From Octopus vulgaris (Eukaryota), in assembly GCA_951406725.2 (NCBI GenBank), contig OX597838.1, positions 16,182,001 through 16,246,000 of the forward strand: a stretch of DNA of 64,000 nt, written 5' to 3'. Shown here one piece after another: positions 37,683 through 51,457 of this stretch. The number at the start of each line of letters is the position of its first letter. Position 1 is the stretch's first letter. Made by a program: the position numbers and the translations under genes. The notes under the pieces are model-generated. The model was given only the letters and a program-made list of their open reading frames with translations. It was not told the DNA's origin and did not search any database.

Positions 37683-39058
37683 CTGAATGATTAAGAGAAA
37701 TAAAAACAAAAATTTTTAATTAATTACCAGTTAATTGATAATAAACCTCATAAGTGATTATTAGAATATTATAAATATAGATATTCTTTTATTTTATTTT
37801 ATTTTATTTTATTTGGCGTTAGGAAGGGCATCCAGCCGTAGAAACACTGCCAAATCTGACTGGGCCTGATGAAGCCTTCCGGCATCACAGACCCCAGTTA
37901 AACCGTCCAACCCATGCTAGCATGGAAAACGGACGCTAAATGATGATGATGATGATGTTTCAGTCATTTGGCTGCGGTCAGGCTGAAGCATCACATTGAA
38001 GGGTCTTAGTTGAAGAAACAAGACACTCTGTCATCAAAATATCTTCATTCAGGTTGACCAAGTGATAAATATGATCTTAATTCTTTTAAATCCCATATTA
38101 ATCATTCAATGTTTTTTTTGAGCAGGTTCACATTTGATTTTTTTCTTTTCTCATTTTCTTTTAAAACTTTGGTAAACGGTTTCAATCTAGTTTATTTTAA
38201 AATATGAAGTTTCTATCATTGAACCAGGAGCGGTCTTGGGCAGATTGTTATCAAAAGGTTTAACCGTTTGGTGTTCAGATTATTCTGTCAAATGTAATGC
38301 TTATTGATTCACATCATTTTAAGTCGATCATGCATTATCTCATAGCTTTGAGATTTCAATGATGTGATTACTCTTTTACTCTCTTACTTGTTTCAGTCAT
38401 TTGACTGTGGCCATGCTGGAGCACCGCCTTTAATCGAGAAATTCAACCCCAGGACTTATTCTTTTGTAAGCCCAGTACTTATTCTATCGGTCTCTTTTGC
38501 CGAACCGCTAAGTAACAGGGACATAAACACACCAGCATCGGTTGTCAAGCAATGCTAGGGGGACAAACACACACACGCATATATATACACATATACGACG
38601 GGCCTCTTTCAGTTTCCATCTACCAAATCCACTCACAAGGCTTTGGTCGGCCCGAGGCTATAGTAGAAGACACTTGCCCAAGGTGCCACGCAGTGGGACT
38701 GAACCCGGAACCATGTGGTTGGTAAACAAGCTACTTACCACACAGCCACCCCTGCGCCTATACTTTTGTTTACTTTTTAAAGTGACATTGTAGGGTAGAT
38801 ATAAGAGGCCAGATCTGGTTGGTTTCAAGAAAAAACAGGTAGAATATTTTGGTCAGATATGGCCAGTTTAAATGCTAAATGATTAAATGAGGTTGAACAC
38901 ATTGAATAACTTTTAGTTGTCCTCAAAAAGATGGAATGGTCAGGGTTGGAATGCATTTAATCATAGGTTTGTTCAATGGAAGGGCAGAGGGCTACAGGAG
39001 AGTTATTAAACCACTAATATAGAGGGAAAAAGTGGGACAAGATGAGAAGGATTTCTTA

Positions 39059-39247
<189 letters not shown>

Positions 39248-39959
39248 TTAGGAGTTTGTGATGGGTAGGAGATGGAGTGTGATGGGAGAGATAGGATAAA
39301 ATAAGGGAAGGAGAGAGAGGAAGAGGTAACATGGAAGACAATGAAGAAGAGAGAGAAGGAGAGATAATAAGGGAGAGAGAAAAGAAGAGACAACAGGGAA
39401 GAAAAAGAAAGGGAGAGACATAGGAAGATAGAGAAAGGGAGAGACATAGGAAGAGAGAGAGACAAGATAAATAGAAAGAGAGACAGGAGATGCATCAGGG
39501 AGGAGCAAGAAGATAAAGAGAGAGAGAGAGAGACAAAAGAGGAAGGAGGGACACATGGGGAGAGAAAAGAGGCAGAAGGGAGATAGAGAAAAGAGAGAGT
39601 AAGAAGGAAAAAAGTGAAGAAAATATATTAAAGAGAATATGAGAACAAGAATAAGAAGGATTCGAAAGTGTACAGGAGAAATGAATGAAGAAAATCTGAA
39701 AAAGAAAGAATAAAAGAGAGAGAAAAAGAGCATCTGAAAAAAGAAGAGTGAAAGAAAGAGAAGAGAAAAAAAAAAATATTTTTAGTAATAGAAAACTAAA
39801 GGAAGTCAGAAAATAGAAAACAGGCATCAAATATGATTGTCTGAAATATCAGAGAAAAGGGGTACAAGGATGTGATAGCTGAAGACAGGGAGATGTGAGA
39901 AGTTCAAAAAGTCTAAGTAGAAGAATTGGTAAAAAAAACAAAAACAAAAAAAAATCTAC

Positions 39960-40035
39960 CTTTTTTGGAGAAAATACGCCGATGGTTCCGCCATCTTCTC
40001 TCAGAGCTACACCCATTTCAGCAAGAACTGCTTCT
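39960..40035 (-). CDS. unc-104: Kinesin-3 exon: CC1 to FHA linker
   Basis: tacag|...|gtagat, 76 nt, phase 2-0; [25 protein letters not shown]. Confidence 0.97.
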
Positions 40036-40123
40036 CTGTAATGAGACAACCAATCAAAAATAACTAAGGTAATCAAATATGTAAATGATATAATTTTAAA
40101 AAAAAGACACTCTTCACAATATA

Positions 40124-40171
<48 letters not shown>

Positions 40172-40239
40172 ATAAGAGTAGATCGTATACGAGTGGGTAT
40201 ATATTTGTAAAAAGAAGTGGCATTTTCAAACTTCTTTTT

Positions 40240-40287
<48 letters not shown>

Positions 40288-41200
40288 CTTTATAATTCCT
40301 ATTAGCAAATGAAACATGTGTAATGGTGAATAAATAATATCAAAAAATTTCTAATTTCTTGTTTTGTTAAATATACACACACATGCACACACACACACAC
40401 ACTCAAATGGTGTTTTTTACATGCCACCGGCATGGGTGTCAGCCAGACGGCACTGGCATCGGCTACAATTATGATTTCACTTGGCTCCACAGGTCTTCCC
40501 AAGCACAGAATATTACCCAACGCTTGAAGGGTGCTTTCAACAGGCCAGTTACATGACACTAGCATCTCAAAGCAAGGTAATATTTCCCCATAGCCAGACA
40601 TGTTTTTCACAGACAATTGGAGGCCAACAACCCCACTTGTCTGATGATGCTCATTTACGACCATCACACGATGTCTTGACAAAAGTACACAAAAACACAA
40701 ACACACACATATCATATCTAAAAAAAAAGTCTGTGAAAACAAATTCTTTTTAAATAAAAATTCCTTCAAAATACACACCATGGCAGTTTTTTGAGTTTCC
40801 ATCTGAATTATTAGGAAAGGAACAAAATAACAATAATAATATTTTTTTTATAATAATAATAATTTCTATTATAGGCATAAGGCCTGAAATTCGTAAGAAG
40901 GGGAATAGTCAATTACATCAGCCCCTGTGTTCAGTTAGAACTTATTTCATCAACTCCAAAAGGATATAAGGTAAAGTTGTTTATAAGGAGGAGGGTTTCT
41001 AATACCAGAAGACATTTCACATTTGCAATGCTGTCAATGAATCACACACACAGGTTTCTTTCAGTTTCCATCAACCAAATCCACTCAGTAATTTCACTGC
41101 CCCTAGTACATAAAACTCTATACCAAGTCCCTCTTGCACGCACACACGCGCACACACGGATGGCAGTGAATTCAAATGAAGAAAATAGATAGATACGAAC

Positions 41201-41369
41201 CTGTCTTTTCTAATAGCTTCTGTTTTACGAAGTTTTTCTTCCCAAGATTCATTGAGTTCAGCCATTAGTTTCTCAGACAACTGAAGACGTTCCACTGGGT
41301 CATCACCATCGGTGGACATGGATTCTTTACGAGTGCGTTTTATTTCTTTTTGGCCGGTTGGGGTGTTAC
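41201..41369 (-). CDS. unc-104: Kinesin-3 exon: neck hinge and CC1
   Basis: tgcag|...|gttcgt, 169 nt, phase 1-2; ...[35 protein letters not shown]. Confidence 0.96.
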
Positions 41370-41547
41370 CTGCAGAAGAATGAAGAGATTGACAAATGTT
41401 GAAGACCACACAAAAAGAGAAAGTTGCCAAATAATGTTGAAGATGATAATTAATATCAAAAAGACAAATTACAAAAATAAATGCTGCATTTATTTTTCTT
41501 CAAAGTCAAAAAAGAAATAAAATTGGGTGAAGACGAATGAAACTTAC

Positions 41548-41687
41548 ATTCATTTATTTCAATTCCTTCATGAACCAAAAGTTCTCGTAAACGAGCAACT
41601 TCTTCCTTGAGCTCACGAATGACCTTGGCATTTGGATCTTCATTGACCACAGCCTTACACACGATCTGTTTGGCTCGGTCAGCATAT
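41548..41687 (-). CDS. unc-104: Kinesin-3 exon: neck linker and neck coil
   Basis: tctag|...|gtaagt, 140 nt, phase 2-1; [46 protein letters not shown]. Confidence 0.97.
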
Positions 41688-42229
41688 CTAGAAGGACAAG
41701 TATAGAGATTACATATAACATATGCTACGTGTGGAAATATATACAACAGGTCATAGGTAGAAATTTATAAAGTTACGAGCACACATACATTTCATCTTGG
41801 TCTAAGATGACCTAAAAATAAATAGCATATAGATACTACCCTTCTATCTTAACACTAGTGCTTCAGTCACAGAATTAAATCATTTTTTGCATTCTGTCTT
41901 ACACACACACACACTGTATGAAGTTACACTTACTCAGCCTCTTAACATCACCCATCTATAATTTATAATTTTATCTTCCTTCTAGATTCACATCTATACT
42001 AGAAACTATACTCGAACATTAGGAATCCATTTGCAATGGAGACTTGCAGGTAAGTTCTCTCAAAATGTATCAGACATTATCTGGAACCAAGCAGGCCAAG
42101 AGGCTTTACTCCAATCCACAATGAGTGGGGGTAGTTAAGCTTTAAAGACTCTAATTTCTAAGTATATGATCAACATGAATTAAAAATATATTGTCACACA
42201 TTTCTGATCCCTAAAGCTTCTACACAGAA

Positions 42230-42263
<34 letters not shown>

Positions 42264-42303
42264 AATTAAGAAGGTAAAAAACAATGAAAACTTATTTCCT
42301 TAC

Positions 42304-42382
42304 CTTAGTGTACTGAGGGTTTCATCAAAATTGATGTCAGCTGGGCTGAGTGCAGCAACCATGGCAGTTTTTGAGTTTCCAC
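42304..42382 (-). CDS. unc-104: Kinesin-3 exon: motor C-terminal strand and helix alpha6
   Basis: ttcag|...|gtaagg, 79 nt, phase 1-2; [26 protein letters not shown]. Confidence 0.97.
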
Positions 42383-42430
42383 CTGAATTGTTAGGAAAAG
42401 AACAAAAAATAACAACAATAATAATTTCTT

Positions 42431-42471
<41 letters not shown>

Positions 42472-43179
42472 TCCTATTATAGGGATAAGGCCTGAAATTC
42501 ATGGGGAAGGGGGTCATCAATAACATCGACTCCAATGTTCAGTTGGAACTTATTTCATCAGCCCCCAAAAGGATGTAAGGTAAAGCTGTTAATAAGGAGG
42601 AGGAGGGGGGTTCTTATACCAGAAGGGATTTCATATGCTGCCAATGAATCACACACACACACACACACTCTCACAGAGGCTTCTTTCAGTTTCCATCAAC
42701 CAAATTCACTCACAAGACTTAGGTCAGCCTGGTGCTATTATAGAAAGCATTTGCCCAAGTGTCTATGCAGTAGGACAAAACCTGAAAATATACAGTTAGG
42801 AAGTGAACTTCTCAACCACACAGCCATGCCTACACCCAGAGTTTTTTTTTTTTTTTAAACTCTTTGCCTGTCTAAAGCATTTTCACATGTGTCCAAAATA
42901 CCCATATTTGTTTTCAGAATTTTAGTTAGATTTTTCTTTCATATGTTCTGAGTGATTTAAAGCTTTTCTTTCTGATGTCCCAAGTGACTTTGGTGGTTGG
43001 AAAAAAAAATTAGAAATATGTATCATATACAACCCATGGATGCCAGGAAAATATGTCTTATGTATTACATGTGAAATATAAGACAGGCAAAGGGTTAAGC
43101 CTATTAAATCCACAGTCCACAACAGCCTCCACCTTTCACATTCATTTATTTTTATTATCATAGCTAAGTTTCAGCCCAG

Positions 43180-43610
43180 GCAACAGCAACAAACGGTGTG
43201 TCTGCCACATTCACGGCTCTCAGTACAACCATTCAGGCAGTTATTCATCGAACGTTCCAGCCAATGCCAATTCAACACCTCTGTCTGAAGGAAGTCTCCG
43301 AAGCAGTCCTCTTAAAGGCAGACTTCACAGACATGATACGCTTCCGTAGTGGTCATCATCTGGCAAGTCAGGCAGTGGTAAAAGATGGCAGGATACAGCG
43401 ACACAGATCAATGCAGACTCTGTAATGAGGAGGTGGAATCTGCAGAACATCTTTGGTTGAGATGTCCTACCCTGATGGTGGAACGCTATATCTGCCAACT
43501 AGGGGCTACAATGGATGAGATGATTAGTCTCCCTTCCGCGGCTCTAGAACTTCTGAGAGTTATCCTCAGGTGCTTGAGGTGACCAACAACAACAACAACA
43601 ACAGCAACAA
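43180..43610 (+). mobile_element. LINE 3' fragment with CCHC zinc knuckle (I/Jockey-like)
   Basis: IRFRSGHH...CRLCNEEVESAEHLWLRCPTL; (caa)n tail. Confidence 0.7.
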
Positions 43611-44025
43611 AGTCCACCCAGCACTCTTTTTGGACCAACATTACTGCCTTGAGATCATAGATACATTGTCGATGTGTGACGACATTTTCTTTTTACATCA
43701 CCATGAAGCAAGGTAATATTTCCCCATAGTTGAACATTCTGACCCAGAAGATTGAAAACAAAAGACACTGTTTGGATGAAGGTGACACTCACTTCACAAC
43801 ATGAAGTGGGTTCCACAAGACTAATTTGAATGCTTCCATTTCAGGGTGGCGCATGCAGTGACCAGAAAGTTGCAGCTGCCTTTGCCTGATCTTCTCGCTA
43901 ACTTCCACATTTATACTGTCTTATTGGAATAGATTTTCATGGTCCTCACCACACAAACCCAAAGAGTGAAAGCAATGATTTCCTGATAGTGTTATCCAAG
44001 CAATATCTCATTCTAAGTACTGTCA

Positions 44026-44202
<177 letters not shown>

Positions 44203-44462
44203 CTATAAGAAAATGAAACAACAGGAACACATCATTACATGTTAGAACAATCACAGTGTAATTAATTATCCCTTTCCCTATGAATTTCAGGCCTTATGCC
44301 TATAAATAAATATTTTGATTATTAGTGACAGAAGTAGTATTAAAACCAAAAGGGAATCTTTATATCCAACTTAACACGGATGTTCTGTTAGAACACTCAA
44401 TACTGCATTACTAACCTTGAGAGACCCTCTCAAAGAGGTGTTTGGTGCATATATATTATATA

Positions 44463-44812
44463 TATATGATAGAATGAGAAATACAAAGTCATTGATACAG
44501 TATTATATATTTGAGAAAATGAATAGAAATGGCTTTTCTGACAACTTTTCCACTTTAATAATTAGATGTTTATGATTTTACAAAATGTAACCAAACAGGT
44601 CTGGGCTATTTGTGTCCATCTTCAGTGGTGAACATCTGACCACTAGATCTCTAGCAGTCGGGTGTTCACCAAATAGCCCAAAATTGTTCGGTCACCTTTT
44701 GTAAAATTAAAAACATCTAATTATTAAAGTGGAAAAATTACCATTTCTATTAATTTTTTCAAATATATAATACTGTACCAAGGACTTTCTATATTTTATT
44801 CTACTATATATA
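44463..44812. repeat. Diverged long inverted repeat with an internal hairpin
   Basis: ttttccactttaataattagatgttt pairs with aaacatctaattattaaagtggaaaa; tacagtattatatatttg pairs with caaatatataatactgta; central ggtgaacatctgac pairs with gtcgggtgttcacc. Confidence 0.85.
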
Positions 44813-47800
44813 CATACATACATACATATATATATAATTGTATTTAAATTCATCTTAGTCCATCTGACTCATACTGTGTATAAAGTAAATATATTGTTTA
44901 AACAATAATAAGCGTATTCCTCACAAAGCACAAATATTCAAATTACTTTATTTGATGGCATAAAAGACACACAGATATATTACATATACCGCAATTTCAA
45001 TAGCACATATTCAGGAGAATAAATTTTGAGTGCATTTAAGCATGTACTACAGGCTCAAATTTTCATATAGACTCAGGGCAATTTTTTGAGACGTTTGTGC
45101 AGGGCAGAGAGAGTAGGTACTCAATATGGCAAACTATCCACCATGGTGATAACCTGTGACTGTTTTATATAACAACTTAATGTTCTATGGTATTGATTAA
45201 GAAAAATAAAACTAGGTATATCTTCTCTGAGGAATACCGAACAAATTGTGAAACAGCCAATCAGGAGATTTCCCACCTCTTTTTACCACACACCCAAAGC
45301 ATAGAAGAAATGTGTTTAAATTGTGAATATTTCTCTCACAGCTAGGTCTTTTTTATATTAAACATCAAGTCAACAACTGTATTTATAAGGGGAATCATCT
45401 TGGCAGATTGAATCTCATTCCATCAACAGAAATAACTCGATATCCATTATGTTTCAATACCGTTGCTGTTTAGAATGACTGTAAATAGCTGTAAATAGAC
45501 ATTCTTTTATTCTTTTACTCGTTTCAGCCATGCAGCTGTGGTCATGCTGGAGCACCACCAAATTAAGATATTTCAGAATTAAATCTCTTTCACAAAAACA
45601 GACACCAACCACTGCCTGTGGTAAACACCAAACAATGATATATTAATATATTAGCTGTTGGTATTTTACTTCTTTTGAAGATACAGTAAGTCTATCGCAA
45701 GGGAGCTACAGACTACTGGCATTCTGCACTTATACCTAGAGCCCTTCTGCTTCACTATCATCACAATTTTTACTTCCATTGCTCCATGCTTGCATGGGTC
45801 AGAAAGAATTTGTTGAGGCAAATTATTTTATGGCTGGATGCTCTTCCTGTCACCAACCTTTACTTGCTTCCAAGTAAGGTCATATTTCTCCATGGCTGGA
45901 TATTCTTACACAGAAGATCGAAAACAAAAGACAGTTTATATGATGGTGACACACACTATCAGGTTTCTATCAAGACAAGAAGACACAAACACACACACAC
46001 ACACACACACACACATATCCAACAGGCTTCATTCATTAAGCAAACCTCTTAACTACAAGGCCATATCTATGCTTACATAATTTTGATACAGTCATTTCAC
46101 CAGATTAATTTTACACTGGTGCACAACAGGAAGATGGTTTTCAGTGATGATCCAATATCAATTATGGAACATTTTATTTTTTCCCCAATTTAATTCGTAA
46201 AGTAACCAAGGAATTGACAAACTGACTTAAATGACAATAAAATTGATGAAGTTTTCTGTATATGTCTGTCTCTGAACAAGACAAATATACATATTCTATA
46301 TTATTCTTTGTATGACTAGGTACACATTGACAATACAAATTGCATAGGATTTAATTTGCAATTAAATTTAAATATTGCAGTAAATATACATTTTTAAAAC
46401 ATTCAGAGAAAAAAAAGAGAATTCTTACAATAAAATTCCATGTGAAAAGGGTTTTGTCTTTTGGAAATTTTTTTTTTCCTCATGATGAAAGCTATTTACC
46501 AAAACGTATTTATGTAAGTCATATATAACGACGTATGTATTTATGTAAGTAATATAATGACATATATTTTACTTCTTAAATAAATATACACTACATAAAT
46601 AGATTCTCATTTTATTATCATTTCAATACAAAACATGGCCTTCTTATAAATGAAAGGAATCATTATCAATAACAATAATAAAAAAAAAAAAATCAATATT
46701 ATCTTAGAAAGACAGACAGATAGATAGATAGATAGATAGGAAGAATGTAAGGCAATAACATATTTAAAAATATAGAAAGTTAATTATTTAATTGCGAAGG
46801 AAGAAATGACTAGTGAATAACAGTAAATTATAATTTGAGATGTATTGAATTATGCCTGACATTACTGTAATAGTCAGACAAACTAGGATTTCAGATAGAA
46901 TAACAATAACAGCAGCAATAAAACTATCAGCAACGGAGGTAAATGAACGTCAAGTTTAGAGATAGAATAACAGACATTGAACTGAGGCAGGAGAAACAGA
47001 AAGCTGACAACATTAAGAGAGAAAAACAAAAACAGAACAACTTTCAAATAGAAATCTTTACTGAAAGAAAGACAAACCCTTATTTATTTATTTTATTATT
47101 ATTTTATTTTATTTTTTTTTGTTCAGTTTCAAAACTTAGTGAAAAATTGTTTTTAATAGAAGAACTTAATGGTATTTAAAGTTATAAATTTATAATGGGT
47201 CCAAATTTTGGCACAAGGTCTGGAATTTCGCAGGGAGAGGGTTAGACAATTTTATTGACCCCATTACTTGATTGGTACCTGTTTTATCAACCCTGAAAGG
47301 CAAAGTCAACCTTGGAAGAATTTGAACTCCGGATGTAAAGACGGATGAAATACTTAAGTATTTTTCCCAGTGTGCTAATGATTCTGCCAGCTCGTCACCT
47401 TGGTAAAGCTTTTAATAACATTATGTAAATATTGAGTAAAATCTCCCTTTGGATCGAAAAAGTCAAAGGTTGTCCATGGCTCCACTTACTGAGAAGAGAA
47501 CGAATATCAAAAATCCCGTTTCTCCTACCCCTTTTGATACCAACGCACCTAAGATTGCTGCTGGTTTTATGATACAAACTTCCAACTTAAACATGAACTA
47601 GATTAAAATCTTCCATAGAAATTTCATGTTTGGTTATATTCCAAAAACCTGTTTAATAATGACCGAGATATTTTACTTAAATTCTTCATTATTTTCAAAG
47701 TTAATTGGAACAAAAACAATGAATTTCAATAGAAATATATTTGTCATATAAATTAGTTTACTCTTTATTCTTTTACTTGTTTCAGTCATTTGACTGCGGC

Positions 47801-50667
47801 CATGCTGGAGCACCGCCTTTAGTCGAGCAAATAAAATGATATATATATATATATATATATATACAGGGAAAGAGAGAGAGAGAGAGAGAGAGAGTTGCCT
47901 CCTCCTTGTCTATGTGTATTAGTCTACCACAGAAGTATAATATCCTATATAAGAATATATTCCTAGCCCTGCTAAACGATAAATAATATTGGTATTGTAA
48001 TCCCTTGAGAAAATATTGAAATCTTGCCATGACAGGGACATGGCTAAAGTGGTTAGGGTGTTACATTCATGATTGTCAGATTATAGTTTCAATTCCCAGA
48101 CAAGGCAGCGTGCTGTATTCTTCAGCGTAACACTTTATTTCATATTACTCCAGTCCATTCAGCTGTAAATGGGTCCCAGCAATATCTGGTAAGTTAACTC
48201 TGCGACAGACCACCATCCCATTCAGGGGAGAGTGTTGTAATCTGAGTCACTTATAAGCCATTGAAACCAAACCAGATTAAGCTCTGGCCTTATGAGTTCT
48301 TGGGCTTAAAACAGACGTGAGCCTAATGAGCAAAGGAACACAAATATTCTACAGACTCTGGTCTACGCTGATTACACCTAATTACTTCTTGTTCTTTATG
48401 ATTACCATTTGTGAGAGATAGAATCATTAGGGAACAGAACACATTGCCTACCCATTTTGCCCTTTTTTATCTACGGTCAACAAATCAAATGCCAGCCAAG
48501 CACAAAGGTAGACAAACTAAAGTACCTCTTTTTCTCAAAACAAGTTGTCCTGTAATAAGGTTATGAAACCCTTATTATTATCATTATTACTCCGCTCAGT
48601 GTAGACCTGTAAGTCAGACAGAAGGAATTGGAAAGGGCACTTGCTCTAAGTGTTCAGGGAAACTTCAAAGAGTGGGGTTCCTTGATTATCCCTAGACGGC
48701 CTCCTGTATCAAGAGGGTTACATCTCTATCATCCTCCCTCACCACCTTTTTTAAAACCTTTATATGCTATGTATATGTCCCTTCTTTTTCAGTGTACACC
48801 ATGTATACTTACCTTTTTTTATCATTTCTTTATATGTAAACCCCCACACTTTATGTCTACCTTTGTGTTGTCCCCGTCATCCTTCGCCCTTGTGGCAAAT
48901 AAATGAAGTCGTCGTCATCATCATCATCATCAAGGTGGCAAGCTGGCAGAGTCATTAGCATGCTGGTGCAAAATGCTTAGCAACATTTCATTTGCTTTTA
49001 TGTTCTGAGTTCAAATTCTGCCAGGCTCAACTTTGCCTTTCATCCTTTCAGGGTCAACAAAATAAGTATCAGTTGAGCACTGGGGTCAATGTAATCAACT
49101 TTCCCACTCCCATGAATATGCTGGCCTTGTGCTAAAATTTGAAACCATTATTGCTCTTGCTGACCAAGTGCACAACCTGTTTCTTAATCTCATTTGTATC
49201 AATTTCTCTTCATTTAATAGATGGATGCCCTTCAGAAAGGACCACACACCAGAAACCTCTGACTTTCTGTTTCCTTTTAGACCTGGGGACTTGTTATTGG
49301 GCAAGGAATTATCTTAATTGTTATCCTTGTCATTAACATTTTGTAGGAATGAAAATGTGTAAGATTAAAGTATAGAATTTAAAAGCACATGGAATTTCAC
49401 TGAACTCACAAGCAGCACTAGTTATAACCAGAAAACATGTAGCAGATCTTCAGAGAATAATCACAAAGGGTCTTCTTAATCCTTTTACGCTGAAGTCAAC
49501 TTTAACTTTTCTTCACTCTTGGACCCATTATAAGAATTACTAGTAAGATGTAGGATTAAATCAGCTGAAAATAGCCAACTCCCCACTGCCAATCCCTCTC
49601 TGCAATATAAACCTTATGTTTATTCATTATCATTTAACCCTTTCATTACCAACCTGGCTGAAATCGGCTCTGGCTCTTTAGTATAAATGTCTTGTTTTCA
49701 TAAGTTTTGAATTCAAAATTTCCACCAAATCTTAGTCACAATTTATGTTCCTAAAACTAGCTCAATGATAAAGATGTTATTTTACTAAATTCTTTCTTAT
49801 ATTTAAAATAATTGGAAGAAACACAGAGCATCTCAAAATAAATACAGTAACGAAAGGGTTACTGTCTGTCTTCTATGTTGACATGAGTTGGATGGTTTGA
49901 GAGTATTCAAAAAGCTTGAAGAGCGTGTTGAACCCAATGTCTGTTTTGGTATGGTTTTCTACTGATGGATATCCTCCTTAATGCCAACACTTTACAGAGT
50001 ATACCAGGTACTTTTTTATCATGACACAAGCACTAATGAGTAACTCACAAGACAAAGGAAAATCCCCTTGACTTAGTGGGGTTTTAGCAGTGAGGGAGCT
50101 GGCTTTATACCAGGTGTGAAGAGAACAGAGTATGATAGAGGGACCAGACTTAGGTACCTTACAATAGATGAGATACAGGGCTATCCTCATTATATAAGGG
50201 CAGGTGAAAGTAGCTGGAAAGAAGACGATGGTGGTAATGAGGTGACTAATGGAAATCAATATTACGTACATATTTCAATCTAAATCATCAACAACAACAA
50301 CAACAATAGACAATGTCAAGAATGTGCATAAATGAGTAAATATTAACAACATGTACTGCAGGCTTGACAGTGAGGAGGAAAGAGAAGTGAAGAGAGAATA
50401 TGATGTGTACACAGCCTACATTGAGGATTTTAATCCTTGTGTCTTTTTTAATCATCAACAAACTAGATTAAGTGCTAAAAAAGTGATATGACACCATCAG
50501 CTTTCTTTAAAGATTTTATTATAAAAGAGAAAAAAAAAGTACTGAAACTGTTTTAAAATAATAGGGATGAACAGATAAACACACTCATTGCACTTCAACA
50601 TAAAGAAATATACATGCACCAGTGCACCAGTGAGGTACATTGAAACTACGCAACTGTTCTCAAGGTC

Positions 50668-50894
50668 TTAACCCTTTAGTGTTCAGATTATTCTATCAAA
50701 CATAATGCTTTTTGATTCCCATTGATTTGAATTAATCATGCATTATCTCATATCTTCAAGATCTTGATGGTGTAATTACTTAATGTAGAATAACATTGTA
50801 GGGTAGGTGTGAGAGCCTGGATCTGGTCAGTTTGAACATAAAACAGATTAAATATTTTGGCTGGATATGGCCAGTTTAAATACTAAAGGGTTAA
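50668..50894. mobile_element. Second piggyBac-type MITE family; another copy at ~38259-38886 is split by a SINE
   Basis: ttaaccctttagtgtt ... aatactaaagggttaa. Confidence 0.75.
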
Positions 50895-51422
50895 TGTTTT
50901 ATTTTTAAATTTGCCTCCCAAGAATTGTAGGCATACTTGCTGGCCATTTCTAGGCATGCCTCAAGTCTATCAGTGGGCATGCACGTGGGCTTCGTGTATG
51001 CCTTATAGCAGTACATTGGTTGAAAATGCCCGGTCTACACAAATGATTAGACTGTAAAATAATTTGTCACAGACTTGGCCTTATTATAGGTCATACACCA
51101 GTATTATTATATATATGATGTAAACATACTGTCAGATACATACACACAAATACACAGCATGCAGAAAATACAGAATGACAACCAATTTATCCTCATGGAA
51201 GTCAGTTTACAATGTGTACATTCATGCAAAGATAATCATGATTTCTCAGAAAAGATTTCCAACATTCGTCTATAAATAGTAAAGGTAACATTCCTGAAAT
51301 GGTCTAGGGTTGTATCTTCTAATTCTTCTTATTAACATTAGTTTTTCTAATTCTTGCTTTTATCATTATCATCATCATCATTATTATTATTATCATTATT
51401 ATTATTATCATTATTATTATTA

Positions 51423-51457
<35 letters not shown>

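Noticed and set aside
46940-47045. Strong pyrimidine tract and AG in the K-loop intron (similar case near 50350-50400) as further microexons
   Set aside because: No convincing donor at a frame-preserving distance (only gtctgt, gttcat or gtacat)
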